Assembly (NCBI GenBank): GCA_046563655.1
Contig: CM102286.1
Coordinates: 1,178,001 to 1,242,000, forward strand
DNA from: Yuukianura sp. NJ FZ-2021
Taxonomy: Eukaryota
Reading direction: 5' to 3'
DNA: 64,000 nt
Positions within the stretch are counted from its first letter, which is position 1; each line of letters starts with the position of its first letter. The notes beneath the pieces were generated by a model. It was not told the origin of the DNA. It did not search any database and saw only the letters and a list, made by a program, of their open reading frames with translations. Positions 1-11,900 of the stretch are shown piece by piece. Position numbers and translations under genes: made by a program.

Positions 1-3000
1 GGCTTTTTGGCAAATGGAAAAAACTGGTCTTAAACCTCTAAATTCCATTACACTTTTTTGAACTTTCGCGTTCAGTTCAATATGACTTTCTCTTTTCATG
101 AGAAAAGAAAGTGAGAGGAAAAAATTTCATTCAAAATGGAAATTCCAGTCACTTCAAATCCAAATTTAAACTTCCCGCGTCTCTCCAGATTTCAAATCAC
201 AGACCAATGTCTCTAGTTTTCAAAAAAAAAAGAGAAAGTGGAAACGGACATAAAAACTTTTATAGTTTTTTTTGGACAAATTGACTTGGGCTTGCTTTTA
301 GCCTAACGTAAACCTAAATTTACCGTTGCTTGACTCTAGATTAGGGTAGGTTAACCTAACATGTTAGGCTAACAAGTGATGGTTGACGCCAATTTGGGTT
401 AAGTTTTAGCCAAACTGTTTTGAATTTTGAGCCTCATTTCCCTCCGTTCAGCACCTCACTTCCCTTTGAATTTTAAATTAAAGAGTCTCAGGTTACCCCA
501 AAATGAGTTTCGGAATTATTCAAAGAAGGGGGCTTTTAAGGACCAAAATTTAATCAAAATTTAGCTGAAGCGAGTGAACTTTTTTGCATTCTCGAAAGTA
601 GAATGCAAAAGAAAGTAGAGGAGCTCAATTACTGAAAATTACTCTGAGAGAGGCCTCTGGCTTCATGCTACAACAAAAAGAGAAAATTTCTACTTTCGTT
701 TTAGGCTATAGACTGAAAAAAAATCAAAAAACTTAGAAAGTTATTCCACTTTTGCAACTTTCTTCAAAACGCCCGCGCTTTCATTCAAAATGCAAATCTG
801 GTTCAGCACAAAAGTTTTCGAAAAAATAATTTCCGGAGAGACTGCGTCAATTTAAAAAATTAAAAAAAAGCAAGCAAGTTTGTGAATTATTAACAAAATG
901 TATGCAGTTTCAGTAGCACCAAAAATTGTTCAAATACGAGAATTCGAAATTTTTAGTTTCAAAGATTTTGAAATTTTCCTTTCTTAAATTGGCCGTTTTT
1001 GTGACGTTTTTTTAAAATGGAAAATTTTGGAAAATGTGGCACATTATCTTATGTAGTTTTTGTGGTAAATATGTTACGGTTACTGCTACTGCAAAATTTA
1101 GTTCAAATGCACAGAAGCTTCCAGTAAAAAATTGTACGATTTTATCGTTATCTTTGTTAGTGCCATTTCAAAAGACTTTTTTGAATCGTTAGACGTCCTG
1201 AATTTTAAGTTGCTTTAAATTGTGATGTGTAATCTCTAAAGAGGCACTGTTGCATAAATTGTCAAGCAAAAACTAGGCAAATGGTTACAAAAGAGATACG
1301 GGTGGTTATGACCCCTACGATGGTTACGATGGTTACGATGGTTACTCCTACAGAAGCCCCGGTGGTTACTTAGACTTCCAACTGGGAGTCAATGATGCAA
1401 GGAACATTTTTCCTTTTCGAATCATCTCCAGAGATCCGAATTTTCCTGAATCCAGCTCAAATCTACTTCGTTTTTGGCACTGGCTTTCTCCACAAAAAAA
1501 AATCAAAAAACTGAATGAAAAAAATCGAAAGGCTCTCGGCTTATGGTAAATCCTCTATTTGAAGTTGTAACTTTGACTTTTACAATCTCCAACTGTCACC
1601 AGAATAAAATCAAAGTCAACTAGAAATCCATTACTTTTCCAAATTTTCAAAAAATCGAATTCCAAAAAACCTCAGACGGATTTTGCTAAAAAAATCGGAG
1701 CGAAATTAGACTTCCGCTATGCCGGTTTTTGCAAAAGTGGAAACTGGTTTTCACTTAATCCAAAAATTGAAATTTTGAAATCAAATTACAAAAAAAGTTA
1801 CCTAGATATCATGGGTCAATGGACGCATTGTGAATGTTACTTTCTCTTTTTATCTCAAAATTTCATTTTTTTTTGTTACGCAATAACTTTTTTCCGGAAA
1901 AACGGAAAAAAATCAGGCGTATTTTGGGAGTGGCTGAAACATAGATGGACGAAATTTTTTTGTCCTCTTTGCCTCGTGTGACTGCGCGACAAAGGCTGAA
2001 AGTATTATTTGAGATCAGATGCGAAGTGTGATATGAATCTTTTGTTGTCTGTTGGATGATGTGGAATGTGATGGAACTTTTTCTGATAAGTTTTTTATGA
2101 TTGACGTCACTCTGGCATTCACTAAGTATTATTTTCCAGCCTATTTTTGTTCATTCCAACTGGATTATTGGAGAAAGTCCTCTGGAGAAAACCACACTAT
2201 TCCTATGACAGACAGACACGACAGGATAAACATTACTCATGAAATACACAGAGTCTACAACACTAAGCTAGGAACACCTTTCATTTGACTCACTTATCCA
2301 TTTTGAATCCATTGTTTCCAAAGTAAGGTTCGTATACAAAGAAAATGTTTTTTCGACACCAGGTTGTCCAATTACTTGGGTTTTTCAATTTGTTGGCAAA
2401 ATTGCCAGACCAGATGGGATTTAAACTTTGCCTACATTTCTTATAACAATTTTTGAATTTTTTTTTACTTCTATTTTATTCCTATGCAATTTGAAGTTTT
2501 GAAAGTTTGAAAAAATGGAGAAAATGTATTTTAAAAAAATTGGCGCTAAATTGGTGCTAACAGTTGTTTGACTTTGAAGCAAGATTTTTGAAAAACCCTG
2601 AGTTATTAGAGAACCCGTTGTAGGAAATACAATTCCGTGGTCAAGGAACCTTGAGAATAAGTTTTCTATAAGTAACACTTTTCCGAGTTTCCTCTAAAGT
2701 ATACTTGACCATAATTGGAAAACTAACGTTATTTTGAAAATTGAGTTTCAAAATTGCGACGCTCACTTTCACGAAAACTGGAAAACTAGCTAACTTGAAT
2801 TCTAATTTACAAGTTTCCAAAATAATCATGTCAAGGGTTTACTTTTTATTTCGAAATTTGGAATTGTGGGAATTGGAATGTCAGAACTTTTAGAATTTTG
2901 AACTCTGATGAAAACTAAATGTCAGCAAAGTTCATGACTTGTTTGATTGTTATACTTTACCTGAATTGCTAAGATGAATGTATCAAGATGATTTTGAATA

Positions 3001-5995
3001 TAAAGTTAGTAAAGAGAAAGTAAAACTTTCACAGCTGTTTTGAGTCTTGCGCAAAAGAAAGTCTTCGATTTGTGAAAGTCAACCGATGTCAATTGTCCTT
3101 GGACTAACAAACTAACAACACACTCAACAAGAAACCAATTTTTATACAACAAATGACAGCAAATGCTGAATTGAAAAGCAAATCTAAGCACAGTAAAAGT
3201 TCAGAGAAAGTTTCCGGATTGAACTGAAATTTGGCTGGAAAATTTCGAGGAATTTGAAAAAGAGAAAGTCCCGCCTTTCAGAATCTCAGTCCCGAATTCG
3301 GAGAAAAAGAAGAAAGGACGATTCAATGGTTACTTTAATTTTTTTTTACTGACTTTTCTATTCAAAATCTTTTCAAAAAGTTTCTGCCTTTCACTATTTT
3401 CCTTCATGTTGTTCAACTTTTTCTCAAACCGATTCCATTTTCGCCAATAACACTAAAAATTTCAAACAAATTTTTTCCGAAACGTGCTTCTTTTATACAC
3501 GGGCAATTAGGACTAGAAAAAATCAATTCCAAATTCCGCACAACTTTCTACACTTTATCATTCCTTTCCCATCTTCTGCCAAAAGTGTCTGAGTTTCCAC
3601 TTTTCCAAAAATCAATTTTCCTGGAAAGAAAGTTGAAACAACTTTTTAGAGGAATTGATATTAAATAAAAACATATAATAATTATACGTTATTATTCTAA
3701 AAATAATTAATATGTTTTTGTTTCAAAATGGCATATTTTGGAAAAATCCAAAGTTTTGACAGTGATAAACTGTTGTGAATCTGTGCATTTGTTGGACGGA
3801 AGGCTGACTGATGTGTTTTGGTTGCCGTAGAAGGCTGGAGAGGCTTTTGTCGAAAGTAGAAATTCGTCTGCTGTCCCATTTTCACATCTTGAACGAGAGT
3901 TGTGCTAAAAAGCGGTGTGCTGGAAGCAGGGAGGATAACAAAAGAGAAAGTGTTTAGCAGTCTGTGACTCTCTCTTGAAAAGAGCGCCTAAATTCCTTCC
4001 TTCTGCATTCTGCTCGTCAGTTGGCTCCAGAACGACCTCCGTCTCGGTCGCAAGTTGGCAAAGAACGCAATTTAACACACGACTTTCACTCGCTTTCACT
4101 CTCACCTCCAACAGTTCAATTATTCCCTTTCTTCTATTCTTCAACTCCACTTAAGAACTTCTCTCCTGAGTCAGTGGAATGCAATAGGCAAAGTCATTGC
4201 ATTAGTTCAAATTTTACTTCAACTTTAAACATCAAACGAAATGAAAATTTTAAAAAGTGAGTGAAAGTGTAACTGAAGCGTCGCTGGAACAAAAGTCTTA
4301 CGGATTTCAAGGAAAACCGCAAAAAAAACACTTTGAAAAATCCTGGTACTACTTTTTTTTTAACTTTTTAAATTAAAAGTTCAACTTCAATTTAGTGTCC
4401 ATTTTGATGGAATTTTGGCAGAACCTGTTGAAATCATAGTGAAAACTACGGTTAAAACTTAGGTTAAAACGAAAGTTAGTTAGTATAGCTTAGTGTCAAG
4501 TGTCAATTTACTTCATTATGGAATGCTGTCAAGTGTTAAGACTGTTTGTGGCAAAAGTTGTTTAGAAATTGTAGAACAAAGGGCATTGTCCTTTTAGTGG
4601 GAACACCACAGGTAGGCGGGAAAGGTAAACTTTAGTTGAACACAGTTTAATTACAGTTCCCGCTTTCAAAATTTTAAACCAAACTTCTACTTTTCCATTC
4701 CGAACACAAACAACAATTATTTAAACAAAGTTATTAACTTTCGTTTTTGCAAACAAAGCAATAACAGCGGGAGTTTGTTTAAAAAAAAAGAAACTTTTCA
4801 TTTTTCAAATAGTTCAATTTTTGGAGCTGCGCATGCGTGTTTTCCGTAATAAGTTTCCTTGGAATTGGACACTTGACACTTGAGAGACCTTAAATGAAAG
4901 ACTATAGAGTGACATTGACAAGTTGACATTTGAGTGACATTGTAGGTCACTTTCAGTCTAACATCACAAGACAGCGTATTTTAAGAAAATAATAGGATAT
5001 TGTCACCTTTGACCTTTCAATACCTCGGGTAACCCAAAACCTATCGTTAGTCGCTTGGTGACTCTGAACCTATCTTTAGCCTTTTCAAAAGACCAACAAA
5101 ATCGTTAGTCTCCATATCCAACTTTAGTCTCTGCTAACGTTAGACACGTCATAGCGTTTTTGTCTTTTTAGTTTCTAAGTTTTTCCGGGTCGCTACTTTT
5201 TCTCGGTTGTCGTCATTAGTTAAAATGTCACTCGGTTTCCAAATTTTGACAAAATGTTTACTACTTTTGTTGAACTTTCCTCCCGAAAACTTGAAACTTT
5301 TCAACGTTTTTAGTTTTAAATCTTGGAAAAAACTTGAAACTTTTTGAAGCAGTGTGATGTATGGGTTAGTTCGCATAAGAGTCAAACTTGTTAGACAAAG
5401 TTTTTGTTTGTTAGTTTCTAAGCACCGTGACAAGTAATCATTCTTATGAAACTTTACGTCGAGTGTCAAATTGGTGTGTTATAGAAGAAAACGTTTTAAC
5501 TTCGTGTTTTGAGCTTCCGAAAAAACGTATGTTGTTTTCAAAGTTTTGAAATTTCCCGCGTACGCCCAGACTCTTCCCGCATCCCGTGGGAGTTTCAACT
5601 CGTGTCTCAAATCTCCAAACCTTTTTACTAGGAAATTGAACACGGCCGGGTTCAATTTAAAACAAGAAAACTTTTTTGAACTAAAAGGTTTCCAGTGTGT
5701 TCTAAATTGTGTTTTCTTTTGTTCTGAACAGACATCAAAACTTGTTCTAAATTTTTAAACAACTTTTCGTCTCGTTAAACCAATTGAAGACGCGGGAATG
5801 GAAAAATTCAAATCCAACAAGTAAACAAAACTTTCTTTTTTCACTCCACGTGCTGCTGCTCATCTGTCATCAATTTGTTTAGTTTGACGTTGTTTACTAA
5901 ACAAAAGTTGTTTACATTTTGAAAACCAATTTGGCGGGAAGATACAAAACAGGAAGTGTACAATAATCTAATCAGCGTTCAAGATCAGACTCTGG

Positions 5996-8900
5996 ATGTC
6001 ATCAGACAACAACGGCGGGCATTGTGTGGACTCTGTACCGAATTCGTCTGTAGTATCCATGGCCTCTTCACTGGAGTCATCCAATGACGTTGGCGGAATT
6101 GGAAAAGGCGGGGGCGGTGGGGCTGGGTGGGATCAAATTATGTGTGGTGACGGGATGCCGGTAGAAGAAGATCATAAGAATGGTGGCTCAAGTAGCTGCA
6201 GTGGATCCGGTTCCACTACGAACGATAAAGAGCTGAGTCACCTCTCTCTGCTGGACGTAGACGTGGACGATGCCGTAGAGAACTCCGGACCCACCAACAT
6301 TGATCAAATATTCCATCGATTCTATCTCGGTAAAGTTTTCCATTACCGCCATTACGTTTTGAACCAATTATACTCAACCATTATTTTAATTCTGGGGTTA
6401 ATTACTTGCCAAATTCGTACTCTTTCTAGGCTGGCTTACTACAATCATGGAAAATTGACCAGGCAGGGACTTAATTACAGTTCGGTATTACTATTCGATT
6501 GCGCGCCGGAAAATAACTTAAAACTTCATGGTACAGTGGAACCTCGCTTGGCCCACCACCAACCACCTACGATTTCCCGGCCATCTACCACTCGGCCAAC
6601 CACCTACCACTTGGCCGACCACCTATTATTTGCACGGCCACCTAGCATTTTCCACTTCCTCGACCACCGACCACTTCCTCGAGCACATATTCCAACCCCA
6701 CGCCGCCACGCCTCTGGGAGGCACCAAAGTTTTCCTGTGCGAATGAGAGGTTCCACTGTATTTCCAAATTGCTGTTTTTTTTTTCAAGAATGTGACGATT
6801 ACTTTGGTAAAGTAGGTTCGCAGTTCGTTACAGGAAAATTTGAAGCAAGTAAACGCTGAAATTTGAGACGAACTGCGTGGAAGTCGTAAGTCTGGCTCCA
6901 CAGGATGTCGTTTGAGTCAAGTACTTAATTAGGCACTTCGACGATATTTCTAGACTCTAGAAGTAACAGCACATTTTCCGGATCCTGGCCATGTTGCATT
7001 TAAATTGTGATTAGACGTCTCTTGTGCTCTATAGTCTCCTTCTAAAGTCTGACTTGGGAAATTAGGAAATGAAAGCCCAAGATGGAACCAAGTAGCGCCA
7101 AAACTAGGATTCAGTCGGATGTTGTTTCAGGAAAAGACTTGTGGAAAGTTTTCTCAGAGAAAGTGACATTTCGCAGTATAAACTAAGATTTACATTTCGA
7201 AAAGAAGTTTTCCTCCCACCACAGTTTTTATTTCCAATATCTGTCACCGTTTTTCTGTGTTTTCATATTCACAATTCACGATTTAACAAAATCCTAAAAA
7301 ATGATTCCTCTTTTTGTTTTTTCAGTCTACTTGACAGGAATTGTCACACGAACGTTAAAACCTCGTTCGTCTTGCTTACTGGGTTAAAAGCTGGTTAAAA
7401 CGAAATGTCCATACGTACATTACTAGAATTTTCCGGTGTGTGCTAAATGCAAATCGTTGTGGGCACGCCACGCAGCAGCGGGAGTCTCTGTTTAGAAGAC
7501 ATGCAATTTTCCGTCATCCGGTAAAATCCACACGTCAGTTGTTATGAAATGTTGACGAGACTTAGGTTAGGCTTAACCTGGCAAGAATTTTAGCACAAAC
7601 GTTCTGAAAGTTCCGTTGTGGTTGAGGTTTGGGCGTTTTCAGTCATGATTACACCCTTGGTAATCGGAACTGCGAAAAACGTCAAGTTCAGTTTAAGGTT
7701 CAATTGATAGTTCAAATAATTTAGCGGGAACAGGGGAACTATTTTGAAAGTAGTGGTTAGAAAACAACCAAAAAAAAAGTACTAACGTAACTTTTTTCAT
7801 TTTCTTTTCCGTAAAAATGGCGAAAACATTTACTGTCTTGCTGCTTGGGTGAAATCCATTTTAGCCTTGTGAGTAATTCTGGTGAGGATGATTTATATTA
7901 GAGCCTTCCTGGATAATTTTATGACTCAAGTATCATAAAAACCAGATGCTGAGACGATTCACTAAACTAAAACCCAGATTTTCACAATGAATTGCTGTTC
8001 TAAGGACGAAAAAAATTGAAAACGAAGTCTCAGAATCTTTAATTACGAAGCAGAACCTGCCTAACATACTAAAATACTGCCGAAACACGTACAATAGAAG
8101 TCTATCAGAGGTTCAAAATTGAACAAAATCCAAACTTTTGTTACGACTTGGCATAAAACAGGAAGACTTAATTGAATTTCTTGTACTTTTGCGTTTGTAA
8201 GTACAAAAATTCCGACTATTCAGCGAAAAAGTTTGCAAACTCAAAATTTTGAAACTCGCGCTTTCATGTCGTAGAGGGATATCGTCCTTTTCCAAGGATT
8301 AGGTGAATTCCACAATTCTAGTTTTCTGTAGAATCATCAATTCCGACGAAACGTCAAATTTCTGTGTTCTTGCCACCATTCGTGACGGGGGAAGTGTCGC
8401 CCGGGAGAAGACGAAATTTGAAAGGCAGGAATGCTGGACAGTTGTTAAGATTTATAGGTTTAATTCAAATTCAGGAAGTTTTTGTGTGTCCTACTGCTGT
8501 CGGGTATGGCAAAAGTGAGCGTAGTTTCCTTTCATCTTACTTAAGGAGAATTCCTTTGTTGGTTCGTTGACAGGGAGAAAGTACTATAGTAATTTGGTAT
8601 AGTACTTTTACTTTAGTACTACATAGTTCGATCGTATAACTATAAATTATGGGGAAATGAAAGGAACAAGTTTTCACTTCATGTCCCACTTCACTTCCAC
8701 TTTCTTCACTATTTAACCGAAAGAAATACAGATTCTGCAAGGTTCTGTCGCTGCAGGGGATTAGGCAACCTCTCGCCTTTTTGGCAGTTTTACCCGATTT
8801 TCTCGTTTTCGGATGTCTAGTAATCAAAACAATGTTGGTTATGTCTAGTACTTCAAAATTTGTTTTGAACAGGTCAAAGGTCAGGGTTTAGTGGAATCAT

Positions 8901-11900
8901 GGACTATGGTATGACGAATCCTAAGAATAGTTTTGATTTTTACCGGTTTTTTCAGTGCTGAAACCTTGTTTTACTTGATTTTGAACTTTTTTTTTGTTCC
9001 AGAATCCCAAGGTACCTTGACAACCCAACACAACAAATTGTATTTCCTCAAGCAGGTTGCTCAATACCTCAAGGTTTCCAAAAATCTTACTTCAAACACT
9101 GCATCAATCCCATTTACATGAGATGCAAAAAATACCACAGTTTTTTTTTCACAAATTTTAAAACTTCCTGTTATTGGACAACCTCGTGTAGAAAATGTTT
9201 TTTTTTTTGTTTACAAACCTTGCAGACTCCGCTCGACCATGAAGTAGGACAATTTTGAAATTTTGGTAAAACCTGCGACAACTGCTGCTGGCGTACCACA
9301 TTGAGCGGGAAAAGAAGGAGCATGTCCCGGGAGATTTTGAAAATTGTTGGAAACTAGAGTTCACTGTACTCTCAATTCCTTTTGAGAATTGTTTCAAGTC
9401 TAATTTAATCATGTACTGAGACAGCTCGGTTCCAGAACTACTCTGTGCTTCCAAGTGTGCTTTTGAGTCAGTGGGCAGAAATATATGCCCACGGTTCCAC
9501 AAATCTTCTTCTACTTCATGAATTTTAATGGTGGTGCTGGAAGGAACGAGAGCGGAGATGGATGACTTTCTCTTTGAGTGGCGAAATGTTTGAAATGGTT
9601 CAGAAAGTGGAGCATCCGAATTCCTTCGTTTTATGTTTCATTGGAAAGTAGGTTGGTCTAACGTAACCACATTTCAGTCTAGTCGGTTAGGTTAGTCCCC
9701 AGTTGCATATCGGACACAACCAGGGTTGTCGGATGGATAAAATATTCTTTGCCTACATCAAATTAGGTCTAAGTATCCATTTCTATCCATTTTGTCCAGC
9801 CATTTCTTCCGGGTAAAACCGGATAAAATATATGATTTCCCTGGATATCCACTGGACGAAACTTAAAAAAAAATTGGATATCTAGCAACACTGTGCACAA
9901 AACACAACACCCAAGCCAAGGTTTCTATGAACAACGAAAGTTAATTTTCTTTAACAAGTTGGGTACTACCTCGCGTGTTAACAAAAAAAAAACGAAAAAA
10001 AAAATTGGTACTATTTTTTGCACCAATCCAAAAAATTGGTATTACATTGAATGTAAAATTTTAAAAAAAATGGCTGTATTGTTATGACTGCGATTCCCCG
10101 AAATGAGAAGATACATTTTTTTTTTGCAAAATCAAAAAACATGAGGTATTACCCAACCCGTTAAAGAAAAGCAAAAGTCACAAACCTTGCCCACAACGTA
10201 CTTCAGTCGCGGTGGGTTTCGGTGGCACCATGTGGCTCACAGTGGTGGATTAAGTCTACCCTCCCGCCAGAGGATAGACATAAAGGAGATTTATTTCTCT
10301 GGAAAAGTAGAGTTTGAGTTTCCCGCGCTTTTACTTTTTCTTTCAATTGGATCCACCTCAGACAATTCTTTTTGTTTGGACTAAATGTCAGGTTGCTTTC
10401 TTGTTAAATACTAAAAGTAAATCTGCCAACAAAGTAAGGAGAAAAAGAGCGGGAAAAAAGAGAGGAAACAAATCTAAACGGTTTCCTGTTTTCCCGCTGT
10501 TTTTTTTACTTTTCCGGAAAAACTTCTTTTTTGGAGAAGTCGGTTTGAATTTGTCTGTTTTTTTCTTTCAGAAGTTTCCAGGGGTAGTTAGATTCAGATT
10601 CCAATTTGAAACTTGGAAAAAGCGGAAAAAATTTTTGAATTTTTTTTCTCGAAACGTTTTCTGTCTGGAGACACTCCGTTGTCCAACACATGCACTTTAG
10701 CGCTTCAGTGGAGAGTCGATATTTAAATCTTCCGCTTCCTCAGTTCCTTCAACGTCACTCGACGAAATTCTTTTGACATTTCTGCAACTTTCACTTTTCC
10801 ACACTTTTACTTTTTTTTCGGTTTTTTGGAATTGGAACTTTTTCAATCCATGCGCAACACTTCCTCCTGTCAGGAAATATTAGAATCCTGCTGGTACGGT
10901 GCTTTCCAAAGAAGCTTCGAAGAAAGTTGGTGGTGACAGGCTGAGGTCAATGACCTTTCTGGCCCCACGTCACGCTGGTTTTAGCTTAAGGTGGCTCTTT
11001 TGAACATGAAATGTCATCTGAAGCGTGGAAAGTTGTAAGGTCATTTGTGGTTTTTGGAAATTATTCTGCCACACTTGAACTTTCGTGTCCTTTGGAAGGC
11101 CTTAGAGCGAAATATCGATTTAAATTTGGCGCGAAATGGAAAAGAGGCTTTCCTGCTGCTTGTCTAATGGATTTTCAGTGTTGGGTACACTTTTAACATT
11201 GTTTAATTTTTTTTCGTCTTTGTGAAAACAGGTAACTTGGCAGCGGCATGCGACACCTCAGTTTTGACCAAGTACAAAATCAACTACATTCTGACCATCG
11301 ACTCTTGTCCATTACCCTCCAAAATTACACATTTACCACACGTCCAAACGAAGTACATCCAAAGTAAGTGTCACAATGTGTAACATTGTAAAAACGTACA
11401 CGGTCCACTCAACTTACTTGGTTGAAGTAAGGATGAAGCTGAATTTGGATATAAGAGGGAAAGTGTCCACATGGGTACATTTTGTCGGCTAATACTTACG
11501 TCAACCACGACATTGTTTCAGAGCAAGGTTGTTTGAAATACGTCTAAAACCTTGGTTTCAGTCAAAAAACCTCGGTTTCAGAGAGTACAACTATTCGTAA
11601 GTTGGACGTTGGAAGGAAAGTGTCTATATGGATACATTTTGTCGGCTAATCCTTACATCAACCACGAAATTATTTCAGAGAGTAGAACAAGTTGGAAGTT
11701 TGAGGAGAATTATCCATGTGGGTACATTTTGGCTGTGCTAATCCTTACTTCAACCAAGGTTTTGTTTGGGTTTGGGCTTAACACAGTCTGAAACGGTGTT
11801 CTCCTAGTTCCGTGTGGTTTCAAATAAATCTAGTCGTTAAGAGATTTTGTGCCGCGAAGTAGCTACTGTTTTAAGTGGGTGGTGGGATTGTGGTTGGTGG

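Noticed and set aside
1315..1345. (GGTTACGAT)x3 micro-repeat
   Set aside because: Too short and isolated to interpret.
1..5900. Short ORFs in the first 6 kb
   Set aside because: They are K/F/N-rich translations of AT-rich DNA with no recognisable domain or consistent splice chain.
6330..6859. 3' part of the 287-aa ORF 5996-6859 (P/T/H-rich)
   Set aside because: It is read-through of DUSP12 exon 1 into intron 1 and across a MITE; the real exon ends at 6329.
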